NCBI GenBank assembly: GCA_043228905.1
Contig: JBHGNT010000016.1
Location: 14,570,001-14,634,000 of the forward strand
Direction of reading: 5' to 3'
Length of the DNA: 64,000 bases
From: Azolla caroliniana
Taxonomy: Eukaryota; Plantae; Polypodiophyta
Shown here: positions 24,279 through 35,200 of the stretch, one piece after another
Layout of the letters: each line of letters opens with the position of its first letter
How positions within the stretch are numbered: position 1 is the stretch's first letter
The notes under the pieces: generated by a model
What the model was told of the DNA's origin: nothing
Seen by the model: the letters and a program-made list of their open reading frames with translations, nothing else
Database searches by the model: none
Program-made: the position numbers and the translations under genes

Positions 24279-25967
24279 ATGTCGTATGAAGAGAAGACAC
24301 CGGTCAGTTGTAAGCGCCCTCGTACAAGGTCAGTTACGAAGGCAGTGCAGCAAGCGTTCATTGCGGAAGAACAGCCGGAATCAAGCACAAAGTGGTCGAA
24401 ACTTCCTGACTTATCCGATCAATTACCTTCAGACGAAAAACAGACGGAAGAGGTATCGTTTTACGACATTTGGGACGATATGCCTTATACTTATTCTAAG
24501 TTCCAGGAAGGATCAGATGCGGAAGCACATGTTAGGGATTTCTTAACGACATGGGAGATTAACCATAGAGCTCAGCGATTGTCGGCAGATGCCGAAGATA
24601 AGTCAAAAATCGCTGAGTTCGTCTTATCATTAGACGGATATTCTGCCAATTGGTTTGCGCAGAACGGTCTTCAAGGATTTCCATCCTTTGAAGTGTTAAC
24701 TAGTAAATTTTTACAATTATTTCATCAACAAATTCCGCAGAAGGATTTGATTGCGCAATTTTATGCGTTATATCAAGAAAAAAATGAAATAGTATCTCAG
24801 TTTGTGATACGATTTCAGAACTTACAGCTTCAGATTTCAAGGCCGATTCCGGATAATGAATTAAAAGAAGTCTTTCTGGAAGCTGTAAAAGAACCATTAA
24901 GGACGACATTGAAAGTGTTCGATTTTCGAAATCAGACTATCGAACAAGTAATTGATAAAGCAATAGAAATGGGTCGACCACCGGTCAATGTTCAGAGTAT
25001 GGACATGTCGGCATTACACCGTACATTACCGACAATAGAGGAGTTACAATTTCGACAAGCAGTTCAATGCACCACTTGTTTAAATACGGGGCATTCGGCA
25101 ATTGAATGTACGTTAAGAACACATTGTACAATATGTCATTCAAAATTACATTCAGTAGAACAATGTGAATATAATTTGCTTAATAAGACTACGGCGTCAG
25201 TACGACAAATTTTTACTGACAATGGTTACCAAAATAACACTAATCTGTTCAATGGTTATCAAAATAATAATTTTTCACAAAATCAGCAAAATGTACAACA
25301 AAATCCGGTTCTACAGCCAAATCAGATCTTTTCACAACAAAATATGCAACCCACTCAAGTGACTCAAGCATTTCAACCAGGTTTTGCTCAATCCAACCCA
25401 CCATTCGTACAGAATCCGAATCAATATTTTCAACAAAATAATCAAAGTTTCCAACAAGGTAACCCACCATTTCAAGGGTTTCAACAGAACTGTCCGAATG
25501 TGCAACCGAATTCTACATTTCAACCAAATCCGGCATTTCAACCGGGTAATATGACCTTTCAACATAATACTCAAACCGTTCCACAAAATAATCAAATGTT
25601 TCAACAGAATAATTTTCCGCCAAATCAGGAGTTCGGGATAACACAAAATGTAGCACAACCAAATGATAATACTGAACAATTTAGGCAGAATCGGTATAAA
25701 AACAAGAGATTTTACAAACCAAAAGCTACACGTCAATACCAACAAAACCCGAGTGGTAATGAAGAGCAGCAATTTAATAACGGCCAATTTGCACATGGAG
25801 AGACCAGTGCAACATTTGTACCCACTTGTTATATTTGTCGACAACTAGGCCATTATGCTAATCAATGTCTGGTTAAAGGAAAGGGTCCAGCAGTTAATAT
25901 GGTAATACCGGAAGTTCAGCAAGTAACGACACGCAGCAAAAGCAAACAATCAGAGTGGGAAATTTAG
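24279..25967 (+). CDS. gag: Gag of C: capsid-like region, three CCHC knuckles, Q/N-rich tract
   Basis: LYQEKNEIVSQFVIRF (major-homology-region-like); CTTCLNTGHSAIEC, CTICHSKLHSVEQC, CYICRQLGHYANQC. Confidence 0.85.
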   Translation: MSYEEKTPVSCKRPRTRSVTKAVQQAFIAEEQPESSTKWSKLPDLSDQLPSDEKQTEEVSFYDIWDDMPYTYSKFQEGSDAEAHVRDFLTTWEINHRAQRLSADAEDKSKIAEFVLSLDGYSANWFAQNGLQGFPSFEVLTSKFLQLFHQQIPQKDLIAQFYALYQEKNEIVSQFVIRFQNLQLQISRPIPDNELKEVFLEAVKEPLRTTLKVFDFRNQTIEQVIDKAIEMGRPPVNVQSMDMSALHRTLPTIEELQFRQAVQCTTCLNTGHSAIECTLRTHCTICHSKLHSVEQCEYNLLNKTTASVRQIFTDNGYQNNTNLFNGYQNNNFSQNQQNVQQNPVLQPNQIFSQQNMQPTQVTQAFQPGFAQSNPPFVQNPNQYFQQNNQSFQQGNPPFQGFQQNCPNVQPNSTFQPNPAFQPGNMTFQHNTQTVPQNNQMFQQNNFPPNQEFGITQNVAQPNDNTEQFRQNRYKNKRFYKPKATRQYQQNPSGNEEQQFNNGQFAHGETSATFVPTCYICRQLGHYANQCLVKGKGPAVNMVIPEVQQVTTRSKSKQSEWEI

Positions 25968-27014
25968 GAAGAAGTTCGGAAGGCGGCAAAAGAATGGGTT
26001 GACGAAGCAAATCAAAGTAATGTGAATCGAATGTTACAAGACAATAACATTGACCAGAACATCGCTGTACAACAGTCATTGGGGAATAAGGAACAGGAAG
26101 AAACTTGGAAACTGTTGGCTGATTGCCAAGTGTCATTGCCACTTACGGGCTTACTTAAGTTAGTACCAAGGTTTACAGAAAAAGTGGCAGCATTAATTGC
26201 ATATAAAGGTTCCGAACAAATAGCAGTACACTACAATCAGCCAAGTAATAACCCTTCGATCATGGATGAACAGAATCCGTCGATCAAGGTAATACTTTAC
26301 GGGCAAGAAATCGGAAATGTGATTATAGATGGAGGCTCGGGAGTTAATGTAATTAACAAAGCTACATGTGAAAAACTGGGAATCACGGAATGGGAAGCAT
26401 GTCCGTTTTGGTTACGAATGGCAGAATCGACAAATAAAACAATTCAAACAATTTTAAAGAAGATAGTGAATGAAAATCGTACTGATTGGGATCAAAAGTT
26501 AAATAGTGCATTATGGGCATATCGTACTTCGTACAAAACATCCATTAAATCAACACCTTTCCGAATGGCATTCGGACTTGAAGCCGTTATGCCGATCGAA
26601 TTTCAAATTCCGACACTTCGTATCCAAGCGACGAATAAGTTAAATGAAATAGAATCGGAGCAGATACGCAAAGAGGCTTTATTAGTATTAGAAGAAGAAC
26701 GGATTCAATCAATGTCAGCACTAGAACACAAGCAGAGACAAATCAAGGCATTCGTAAATCGACATCGAAGGAAATCAGAAGAGCAATTCGAAATTGGGAA
26801 ACCGGTATTGGTATTCCAGACGAGAATGGGACTTATGCCTGGGAAACTCCGGTATAGATGGACAGGTCCAGTATGGATAATTAATAGTAAAAATGGTACG
26901 TATCAGCTGGGATCATTAACCGGAGAGGTTTTACCGAAATGGGTAAATGGATTCCGGCTTAAACCGTATTTGGGAGATATGCCGGTAAATCCGTTTATCC
27001 AAACGGAAGAGTAA
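25968..27014 (+). pseudogene. In-frame protease/integrase C-terminal fusion (RT, RNase H and IN N-terminus deleted)
   Basis: IIDGGSGVNVI protease motif joined at LRMA|ESTNK to DWDQKLNSALWAYRT..TPFRMAFG..RWTGPV..NGFRLKPY; same frame as gag. Confidence 0.9.
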
Positions 27015-27442
27015 AAAAAAGAAAAAAAAAAAGAAAAAAAGAAAAAAAAAGAAGCTAACTAACTAACTCACTCAATAGTTCTTGTCAAATGCAGAAATAC
27101 AATCTTGCCATAACAGTCTAAATCGACTATAAATAGAAAGAGGAATTGCATGATTATTAGTAAGTAGTACAACCACTACACGTAGAGTTAATACTAATTA
27201 ATTCCTACATTAATAGCAATTACTATTCTTTAGTCATAATGCATAAGTTAATATCTTTAAAGCATATTTCTGTATCTTCTGTGTCGCCAAAACAACAGAA
27301 ACGAGTGCAGATATCGAAACAGTCTGAGCCTTCGTGCCCTAGTTCGCCCAAACTCTGTTTTTCTGATTTTCATCGCTACAGAAGCTGTGCAGATCTCCAA
27401 CCGTCATCGACAAGTGATTCAGAACAAGCAAACACAGAAGTC

Positions 27443-29911
27443 ATGCCGATTCCTGTGTCTGAAGAACTGCGATTGTGGCTTCATGAGAGAAACTTACAAG
27501 GTTTCATCAAAGTAGCAGAAGCGGAACCTCATCCGCAGGCGGAAGAATTGGTACAACAAATAGACATCACCAAGGTCACCACAAAGAAAATACGAAATGC
27601 ATTACAGATGCCAAGAGGAGGCTTTGAGGCAGTTAAAAAACCTTCATCAGAAGCACTCCAATCGTATTTCGGGGAATACTCACCCTCGGCAAAAGCATAT
27701 CAGACTTATGGAGGTCGGGATGAGTTTTTCCATGAAGTGGCTAGATTTTTATTAGAGGTGGGATTTGTCAGTCCTCGTTTTTATTGTATGCCGAAAAAAA
27801 GGGCTGGGTTTATCATAGCCGCATACGAAAAAGAGGATTTCAACTGGCCACTATTGTCGGGGGAAGCTCTGAGAGAGCAGCTACAAGGGGTAAAAACAGG
27901 AAAACCAATGAAGCAAATTTTTGGTCGTTGGCTATCGGTATTGTTTCCGATTCAAGAATCAGAAACTCCTGTTCAGTCAAGAAGACCACCGATAGTACAA
28001 GCACCGCGAAGACACCGACATGTAGTACATGAAGAATGGATAGAGGAAGAATCGGCACATGCCGATAATATACAATCGAATATGCCTCAGTCGGAACCAC
28101 CAAGACCAGAGAATTCCGAAAACAGGCAACCAGCAGCCGAACAAGAAACAGTTGACAATTTGATAAACAAGCAACAGCCGACAGAAAATCGACAACAAGC
28201 AGAGAAGATGCGACAAAGGACAAGGATTAAACAAAAGGCTAATCGGCAATTCCAACCAGAAAACAGTGAGGGGTTAGCACCGAAAAGGCAACGCACAAAG
28301 GAAAATTCGAATACGCCTGTAGTAGCAGAAGTAATAAAACCAGGGAATGAGAGCGTTTCGACACAACCTCAACAAGGACAATCTTCAAAAGTAGCAATTC
28401 GGGAAGCACATGGGTACTTGGATATTCCACCAGCAGCACATGAATTAGCTGCCATTTTACAGTTCGGAACTTCATACGAACTGATTGAATGGTTGGCTAA
28501 AAGACTGACAGAAGTATCAGAACGGCTGGCTCAAGAACATAATGACCGAATAATGATACAGAAAGCCTTACGAGGAGTGTTGGAACCTCAAGAAAAAGGA
28601 GAGATAGAGAAAATCGGCCGGAAAAGAAATGCACAGAATAGAGGAGAGGCTATTGAAATGCCACCATTACATGAAGCACTGGTCGAAATTCATAAAGAAT
28701 ATGAAACGGCACGCAAAGCAGCCAGTGATATGGCTGAAAGATACAAAAGTGTATCAGCATCGGCGGAGGTGCTGAAACATCAGTTTTGTAACATACAGGC
28801 AGAAAATAAAGAACTAAAAGAAAGTCTAAACAAATGGGAAACGCAGGCACGACCTATGGCGTCGGAGTCAGAATGGCAGCAGAAATTGGAGGACGCTGAA
28901 AAAGCACGTCAAGCAGAAACAACAAGGGCCAACAATGCTGTATTTCGAACTACAGAATTAGAAAAACAAATAGAAACCATTCAGAATGGTCAATACAAAG
29001 TTCTCGAAGAAAAAAATCAATTAATAAACGAATTACAGAAAAATCTAGAAGAAGCTAAGACGGCCAATCATACATATACCGAACAAATTGAAGAATTCGA
29101 AAGGTATATAGTGTCACAGGAAAGTCAATTGACAGAAAAAGAGCGGAGTCTTGAAGAAGTCAACAGAAGAATTACGGAACAGCAGGAGGAATGGAGCAAA
29201 GAGAAATCGGCATTTGAACAACAACTGGACGAAATTCGGAAGATATCGGAACAAAGACGGCTGGACATATATGTAGTCGAATCCAAACTAATGCGAGCTG
29301 AAAGTGAAAACTGAGCCACTATTACGGATTTACGGAAAGAGTTGCAAACCGCCCAATACGTCGCAAGCATCACTAGGGACAAAGTGCAGCACATCATAGG
29401 GAAACATCGAAACCTAGCAAAGAAAATGATCGATGAATCCCTTGCGCAAGGATGGAAGTTATGGACGGCACAAGCGGCGGAATTACAGTTATTGCGTGCC
29501 GACAAAAATAACCGTCAGGTCCAAGGTGCAGGTTTTTTTAAAATGGCACAAAAGGATATTGACAATATCCAAGAGGATATCATGAAAGATATGGACGAAA
29601 TTGCGGCATTTTACAGAGAAGAAATTCAACGGATTATGCAAGAATTCGACAAAAATGATATAGGCACTTCCGTCCAGTTGGATAAAATCGAAGCCGAAAG
29701 AACCAGCAAGACTCCTGGTCTTCAAGCTCCCGGAAGAAGTGAACCAGAGCAGCCAACCGAATCACAACATTCAAAACCTGCTCCGAATGACGACTGTGAC
29801 ACAGATGAAGATGAAGATGAAGAGAAAGGTATAGATGGAATACATCCAAGGCTAGAAGAGCCTTCGATTTTTGATATTCTGAACGATTCGGATGAAGAGC
29901 TACAGGAATAG
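27443..29911 (+). CDS. Extra 3' ORF of C (env-position ORF, ~822 codons with one in-frame TGA at 29312-29314), long coiled coil
   Basis: The 691-aa and 189-aa ORFs are in the same frame; probable start MPIPVSEE inferred from the homologue at 52179; E/K/Q-rich heptad-like C-half; acidic tail. Confidence 0.75.
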
Positions 29912-30595
29912 GCGTGGGTTCGCTGGACAAGGTCCTGGCCCACGGACGTGCCAAGTGTTACCCGGACCCGGACAGTCAGTTTTACCGAACAAGTGGGAAA
30001 GCGTCGAAAACGGAGTCGGTTCGGATCGACTGTTCGGATCAATGACTCAGCAGTGAACAAAGAGAACTAAGTTAGTTAGATAATTTTGTAATTCTTGATA
30101 GTAAGTAGGAATAGTTCTTGATGAGAAAAGACCTTCGGTATACCTATAAAAGGGAACCGAAGGCATTGTAAGAAAGGTCGTTTTATTTAGTAATATAAGT
30201 TTAAGTTAGGAATATCCTGTACGGATTCTGTGTTCTTTCTATTGTCTATGTTGTTAAGTGCAAGCTTCCTAATTTATAACTAAGTAACGATCACGGTAAT
30301 TACCGATTAATATAGTATAATTCCGTTCGTAAAACACAATTCCTTGTTAGAACGTTGAGTAGCAACGTTCACTCTTCTGTATCGGTAGTAGTTAGTAATT
30401 AGCCGATTAACACAAATCCCGACTTTCATGGGATCGTCTGTCCCGACTTGACTACTCTTCGGCGCCATAAAGGCGCCCTCGATATTCACACTAAATGTAC
30501 ATGGGTGCGTACACACGCTGCACCCCGCCAATGTAGCTAATGTTTTCTGGTTTTCGCCTCTGGCCGAAATTCTTCACGATTCTTCACGACAACGG

Positions 30596-32222
30596 CGTTC
30601 GTATCTAGCACCCCGTCCCGGCGAGCCAGCTTTTGATAACCAAAAACAAGTCATTTTGGGACCGGCACGACTACAAGCAACACAGATCTTTGACATACCC
30701 ATGGATTCCCGCGTTATCGATACCATACGCGAAGACTTGAAGACAGATGCGTTCGCCCAAGCTATACTAGCACAAATTGATCCCTCTTGAGTGTCAGGTT
30801 CACAGTCGCAACCACCAGGTATGGACTATCGGCAATTCAAATACCATGATGGATTACTCTTCTTTAAAGAACTTTTGTATGTTCCTAATGGTTCTTGCCG
30901 CCTTCAAGTAGTACAAAACTATCATGACACATATACAGCTGGGCATTTTGGTAGTACTAAAACACTACATTTAGTACAACGATCATTCTGGTGGCCCTAT
31001 ATGCGACAATTTGTCGAGGATTTTGTTCGGACTTGTGATACATGCTGCAGAGCGAAAATGCCAAGGCATCATCCATATGGTTTATTAGAACCATTACCAA
31101 TTCCAAGCAAGCTGTGGCAGTCCATTGCTCTAGTCTTCATCACAGATCTTCCAGTCTCTAAGGGGTTCAATGCGATTCTAACGGTGGTCGATCGATATAC
31201 GAAGATGACTCATTTCTTGCCATGTACTAAGGAGATCTCTAGTGAAGACACTGCCGAAATTGTCATGCGTGAAGTATGTCGGCATCATGGACTTCCCGAT
31301 AGTATCATCAGCGACTGTGGACCCCAGTTCGTGTCAAAATTCTGGAAGCACCTTTTTAACATGCTCAAGGTTAGTTGTAACCTCTCCTCCGGCTACCACC
31401 CACAAACCGATGGCCAAGCCAAACGAACCAATCAAACGCTGGTGCAGTATCTGCGGTGCTTTCTCAGCTATCATCAGGATGACTGGGCAGATATTCTCCA
31501 CTTCGCCGAATTTGCCTATAATAACTCTATCCACGCATCCACGAAAGTTACGCCATTTTATGCTTATATGGGATGTCACCCCCGGTGGTGTGTACTTGAA
31601 ACCCCAGAGGTGACCACAAATCCTTGCGTAGAGGATTGTTTGGAGAGGTTACTCAAGATACAAGCGGATTTGTCTACTCATCTCCAACAAGCTCAACAAA
31701 CACACAAGGTTTATGCGGATCGTCATCGACTCCCATCTAGTTTTAACATTGGAGATTGGGTATGGCTACTCCGACGACACATCAAGACTACTCGCCCATG
31801 CGAGAAGTTGGATTATCGGTGATTAGGTCCTTTCCGTATTATAGGAAAGATTAATGATGTCGCTTTTCATCTTGATCTACCTCCACAACTTCGGATACAT
31901 CCGGTGTTTCATAGTTCTCTCCTCGAACCCTATCAAGAGAGCACCATCCCAGGCCGTATTACACAGCCTCCACCCCCGATCGAGCTTGAAGATGGACCTG
32001 AGTACGAGGTTGCCGCCATCCTTGATTCCAAGTTTGTTCGCAACAAGCTCTACTATCTAGTCGATTGGCTAGGATATAGTCCCAACAAGCGTACTTGGGA
32101 ACCGATAGAGAATGTCACCAATACTCGTGCTCTTCTTGAAGACTTCCATCGTCAATATCCAGACAAACCGGGTCCTCAATCCAAAACGACTCGTTACACT
32201 CATCGTTTTAAAGGGGGGATAG
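30596..32222 (+). pseudogene. pol: Chromovirus pol, part 2: integrase, GPF motif, chromodomain
   Basis: H..GHFG..CDTC zinc finger; FITDLP, IISDCGPQF, HPQTDGQ; LGPFRI; EYEVAAILDSK..YYLVDWLGY..TWEP; stops present. Confidence 0.95.
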
Positions 32223-35200
32223 TGTCATGATATGGCAAAACTCGAACCCATGACCTTATGCTACATGGGTCAAGCTCTTGACCATTAATTTATACATTGT
32301 AATACGTAGAATATTATTTTCATTTATGTTTTATTATAGAAAATTGATGTATATTCCAGATTTCTCTGGAACATTCTAGAAACTTCAGGAGTATTCCTTA
32401 GAACACTATAAAAGGAGGCACAAGGCATTTTTCGAACCAAATCGGTTCAACGCCAGTCTTAAGACTCCTAGTTACTGTACATTTTCTTCACATAATATAT
32501 ATCTTTTCTTATCATCACTCTCTCTCTCTCTCTCGATCTCTCTCTCCCTCCCTCTCACTCACTCTTTCCTTCTCTCGAGAGTTCTTCCCCTCTCTTAGTA
32601 CTAATACTTCTTTTAGTACTAAGTCCTTCTCTGTCTTAGTACTGTTCCTGACAGGTGCCGATGTGAGACCGGAGAGATGGAAGGTGGCAGTGAGGAGTCA
32701 TGGCCCAATGCCAACGAAGATGGTTTGGAGATGGCCTGTGGGGAGGCCAAGGACGGAACCGTGGAGGAGAAAAATATAGAAACGAGAGGCGGTGCTGAAG
32801 GGGGCGGAGTCGGAAGTCGGCCCGATTGTGAGATGATCCTGTCGGCATTCCGATTCAGATGGAGCACGATCCGGGCATGGATCGTTTGTCCAAAACAGGG
32901 CCAAAGAGCGAGCGAAGAAACAAAGACCGGTCCTATGGGTCACCTCACACCGGGCTACAGACTTCGACGGCCGGCATTGGGAGCCGACGTAAGACCAAGA
33001 TACTGACGGTGGCAGCAAGAGAATGGGATGCTACAATCCAGAGAGTTATGGATGGACCCGGACAAGAACCGGGGGGGAGCGGACTTCCGGATAACCGATC
33101 CGGAAGGAGAAGGAAGCAAGCCTACGGAGAGGCCGGGAACACGATACGGAGGTACCACAGGAGAGGGTGTGGGGCGAGCCATCCTCTCGACTTGCGGAAA
33201 AGGGACGGCCATGGAGAAGCCCGAGAACTACAAAGTGATGAGCACCACCTTGAGAGTGTGCGGAAGTTTCGAGATGCGGTTGCTCGAAACATTGAGCGAG
33301 GAGGAGGTAAGCGTAATCGAGGCTTGCGTAATCGGGGATGGGGTAGCCACGGACGACGGCATCCAGGATAAAGGTGGCGATGGACATGACAAGCTGTGGT
33401 TCCGAGACCGTGCCCGCACTGGGCTAGAGATTTTGGTGGTCGGCATCGAGAGCCGACGTAAGACCAAGATACCGACAGTGGTGGTGAGGGGACGAGGACA
33501 TCGGTTGCGGAAGGCAAGTGGGGTCCTCAGAGGGGACCGAAAGAGCAGAAAGGAGATGAAGGCCGGCGAAGCGGCCACAGATCGGAACCGGACCTTATCG
33601 GCAGGGTCAGAAGGACGAAGATCAGACACGCTTGGTGCACGAGACGATGGCTTAACATTTCGGAGCCTGAGGAGTATCCTCCACGCCAGACTAGAGACTT
33701 TGGCGGTCGGCAGTGGGAGCCGACGTAAGACCAAGAGAGTTACGGTGGTGGCGAGGAGACGAAGGCGGTAGCAGCAGAGGCACCGAGGAACCAAGGTGTC
33801 GCAGAGATCGGCGGAGGCCAGGTGGGCCAAAAAGGGTGAGGGTGATCCTTCGTAGGTACCAACAGGAAGCTACCAAAGACACCCAAGCGGAGAACGGTGT
33901 GTCAAGCTGGAAAGGGTGCACTCGAAAGCAGAACGAGAGATGTGCGTGTGGTTGTCGAGGGCCAAGGTGAAGGCACAGGAGAGTGCCAGTGTTTGGCGCA
34001 GGCGATCCCGAATGAGGAACGAGGAAGACGACACACAGAGGCTCCGAGACGACACAACGGGCGGAAAGGAATGCGAAGGTCGGTGGCCGGAGAACGATCC
34101 TCCACACCGGGCTAGAGACTTCAGCAGTCGTCAACGGGAGCCGACATAAGACCTAGAGACTGAAGGTGGCGGCGAGTGGACAAAGGCAGTAGCAGTAGAG
34201 GCACCAAGCAACCAAGGCGTTGCGAGGCCAATGGAGGCCAGGAAAGCCAAAACAAGCGAGGGTGATCCTTCGCGGGTGGCAACACAGGAAGCTACCAAGG
34301 ACACCCAAGATACGGCGTAGAAGTGCGGATGGGCGATCCTACGGCGATCCTCACACCGATCCGAAGACTCCGGCGGTTGGCCCGAGCGCCGACGTGAGAC
34401 CTAGAGAGAAGGAAGGTGGCGGTAGGTGAACGGGATCTAGTAGAAGGGCCGAAAAGGAGCTGAAGAAGCTATCAGGCCAGCGATGCGGCCATGAACTGGA
34501 TAGGGTCCTAGTCGGCAAGGTCAGAAGGATGAAGGAGGACGTGTGCACGTAACACAGGTCAGTTACGAAGAAATTTTCGAAGCGGAAGAAGGATCCACCA
34601 CACTTGTACTGGAGACCCTCGGCAGCTCAGTCGGGGTGGTGACGAGTGTTGTGGCAAGCGTAAGCCCGAGGTGATAAGCAAGTGGGGGCGAGGGGACGAA
34701 GGCAATGACGGATGACGACGTCGGGCCCAACCAACGCGACGCGGAGATGACGTGCCATGCAGGCCAAAGGACAAGGGTGATCCTGTCCTAGAAAGCTACT
34801 AAGGACACCCAAGCGGAGAACGGTGTGACGAGCCGAAAAGGGCACACCCGGACGAGAATCGGAAGCCATGCGTGTGGCCACTGAGGGTCAAGGTACGAGC
34901 ACGGGGAGAGACCAGACTTCAGCACAGGCAATGCCGAGCAAATGATTAGAGCGGACTAAGCCTCTCATGAGGTAAAGTCAAGGGCTACACGGCACACGGA
35001 TGTGCCAGGACGAGAGTACTGGCGCGAAATGGATTGTGCGTGGTGGTGGCCTCAAGAGAAGAAGGCCCGAGAAGGATCTTCCACATGGGACTAGAGACTT
35101 CGGCAATCAGCAGTGGGAGCCGACGTAAGATTGAGATACTGACGGTGGCGGTGAGGGTCAAAGGCAATAGCGAATAATGACACCGAACGAGTAATCAAGG

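Larger units (their letters stand above)
23763..30412 (+). mobile_element. Element C: very young non-chromovirus Gypsy-type deletion derivative; LTRs 23763-24219 and 29956-30412
   Basis: 457-bp LTRs TGTTA..TAACA with one difference seen; perfect TSD CAAAT (23758-23762 and 30413-30417). Confidence 0.95.
15166..30591 (-). mobile_element. Element B: sibling of A in inverted orientation (3' LTR remnant 15166-15342 plus 20353-~20656; 5' LTR 23168-30591, interrupted by C)
   Basis: TSD ACGG (15162-15165 and 30592-30595); pol joins as ALSR|RSYLAP; Trp PBS reverse complement TTCACGTCGGGTTCACCA near 23145-23162. Confidence 0.9.
11567..32653 (+). mobile_element. Chromovirus Ty3/Gypsy (Tcn1-like); LTRs 11567-11996 and 32223-32653
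   Basis: ~430-bp LTRs TGTCA..TGACA with roughly 15 differences counted by eye; TSD AGTGC/GGTGC; PPT AAAGGGGGGATAG before the 3' LTR; gag-PR-RT-RH-IN-chromodomain order. Confidence 0.95.

Noticed and set aside
15166-30591. DIRS-like element with inverted or split terminal repeats
   Set aside because: Fully explained by A nested in B with separate TSDs; no tyrosine recombinase or RT inside
33670-35150. Minus strand of the ~90-nt motif superficially resembles a twister ribozyme (CACTGCC..GCCG..AGCCCGG..GTGGAGG)
   Set aside because: It lacks the UAA cleavage-site strand and the T1 pseudoknot pairing, and the resemblance is lost in the A/B copies; an Infernal search would settle it
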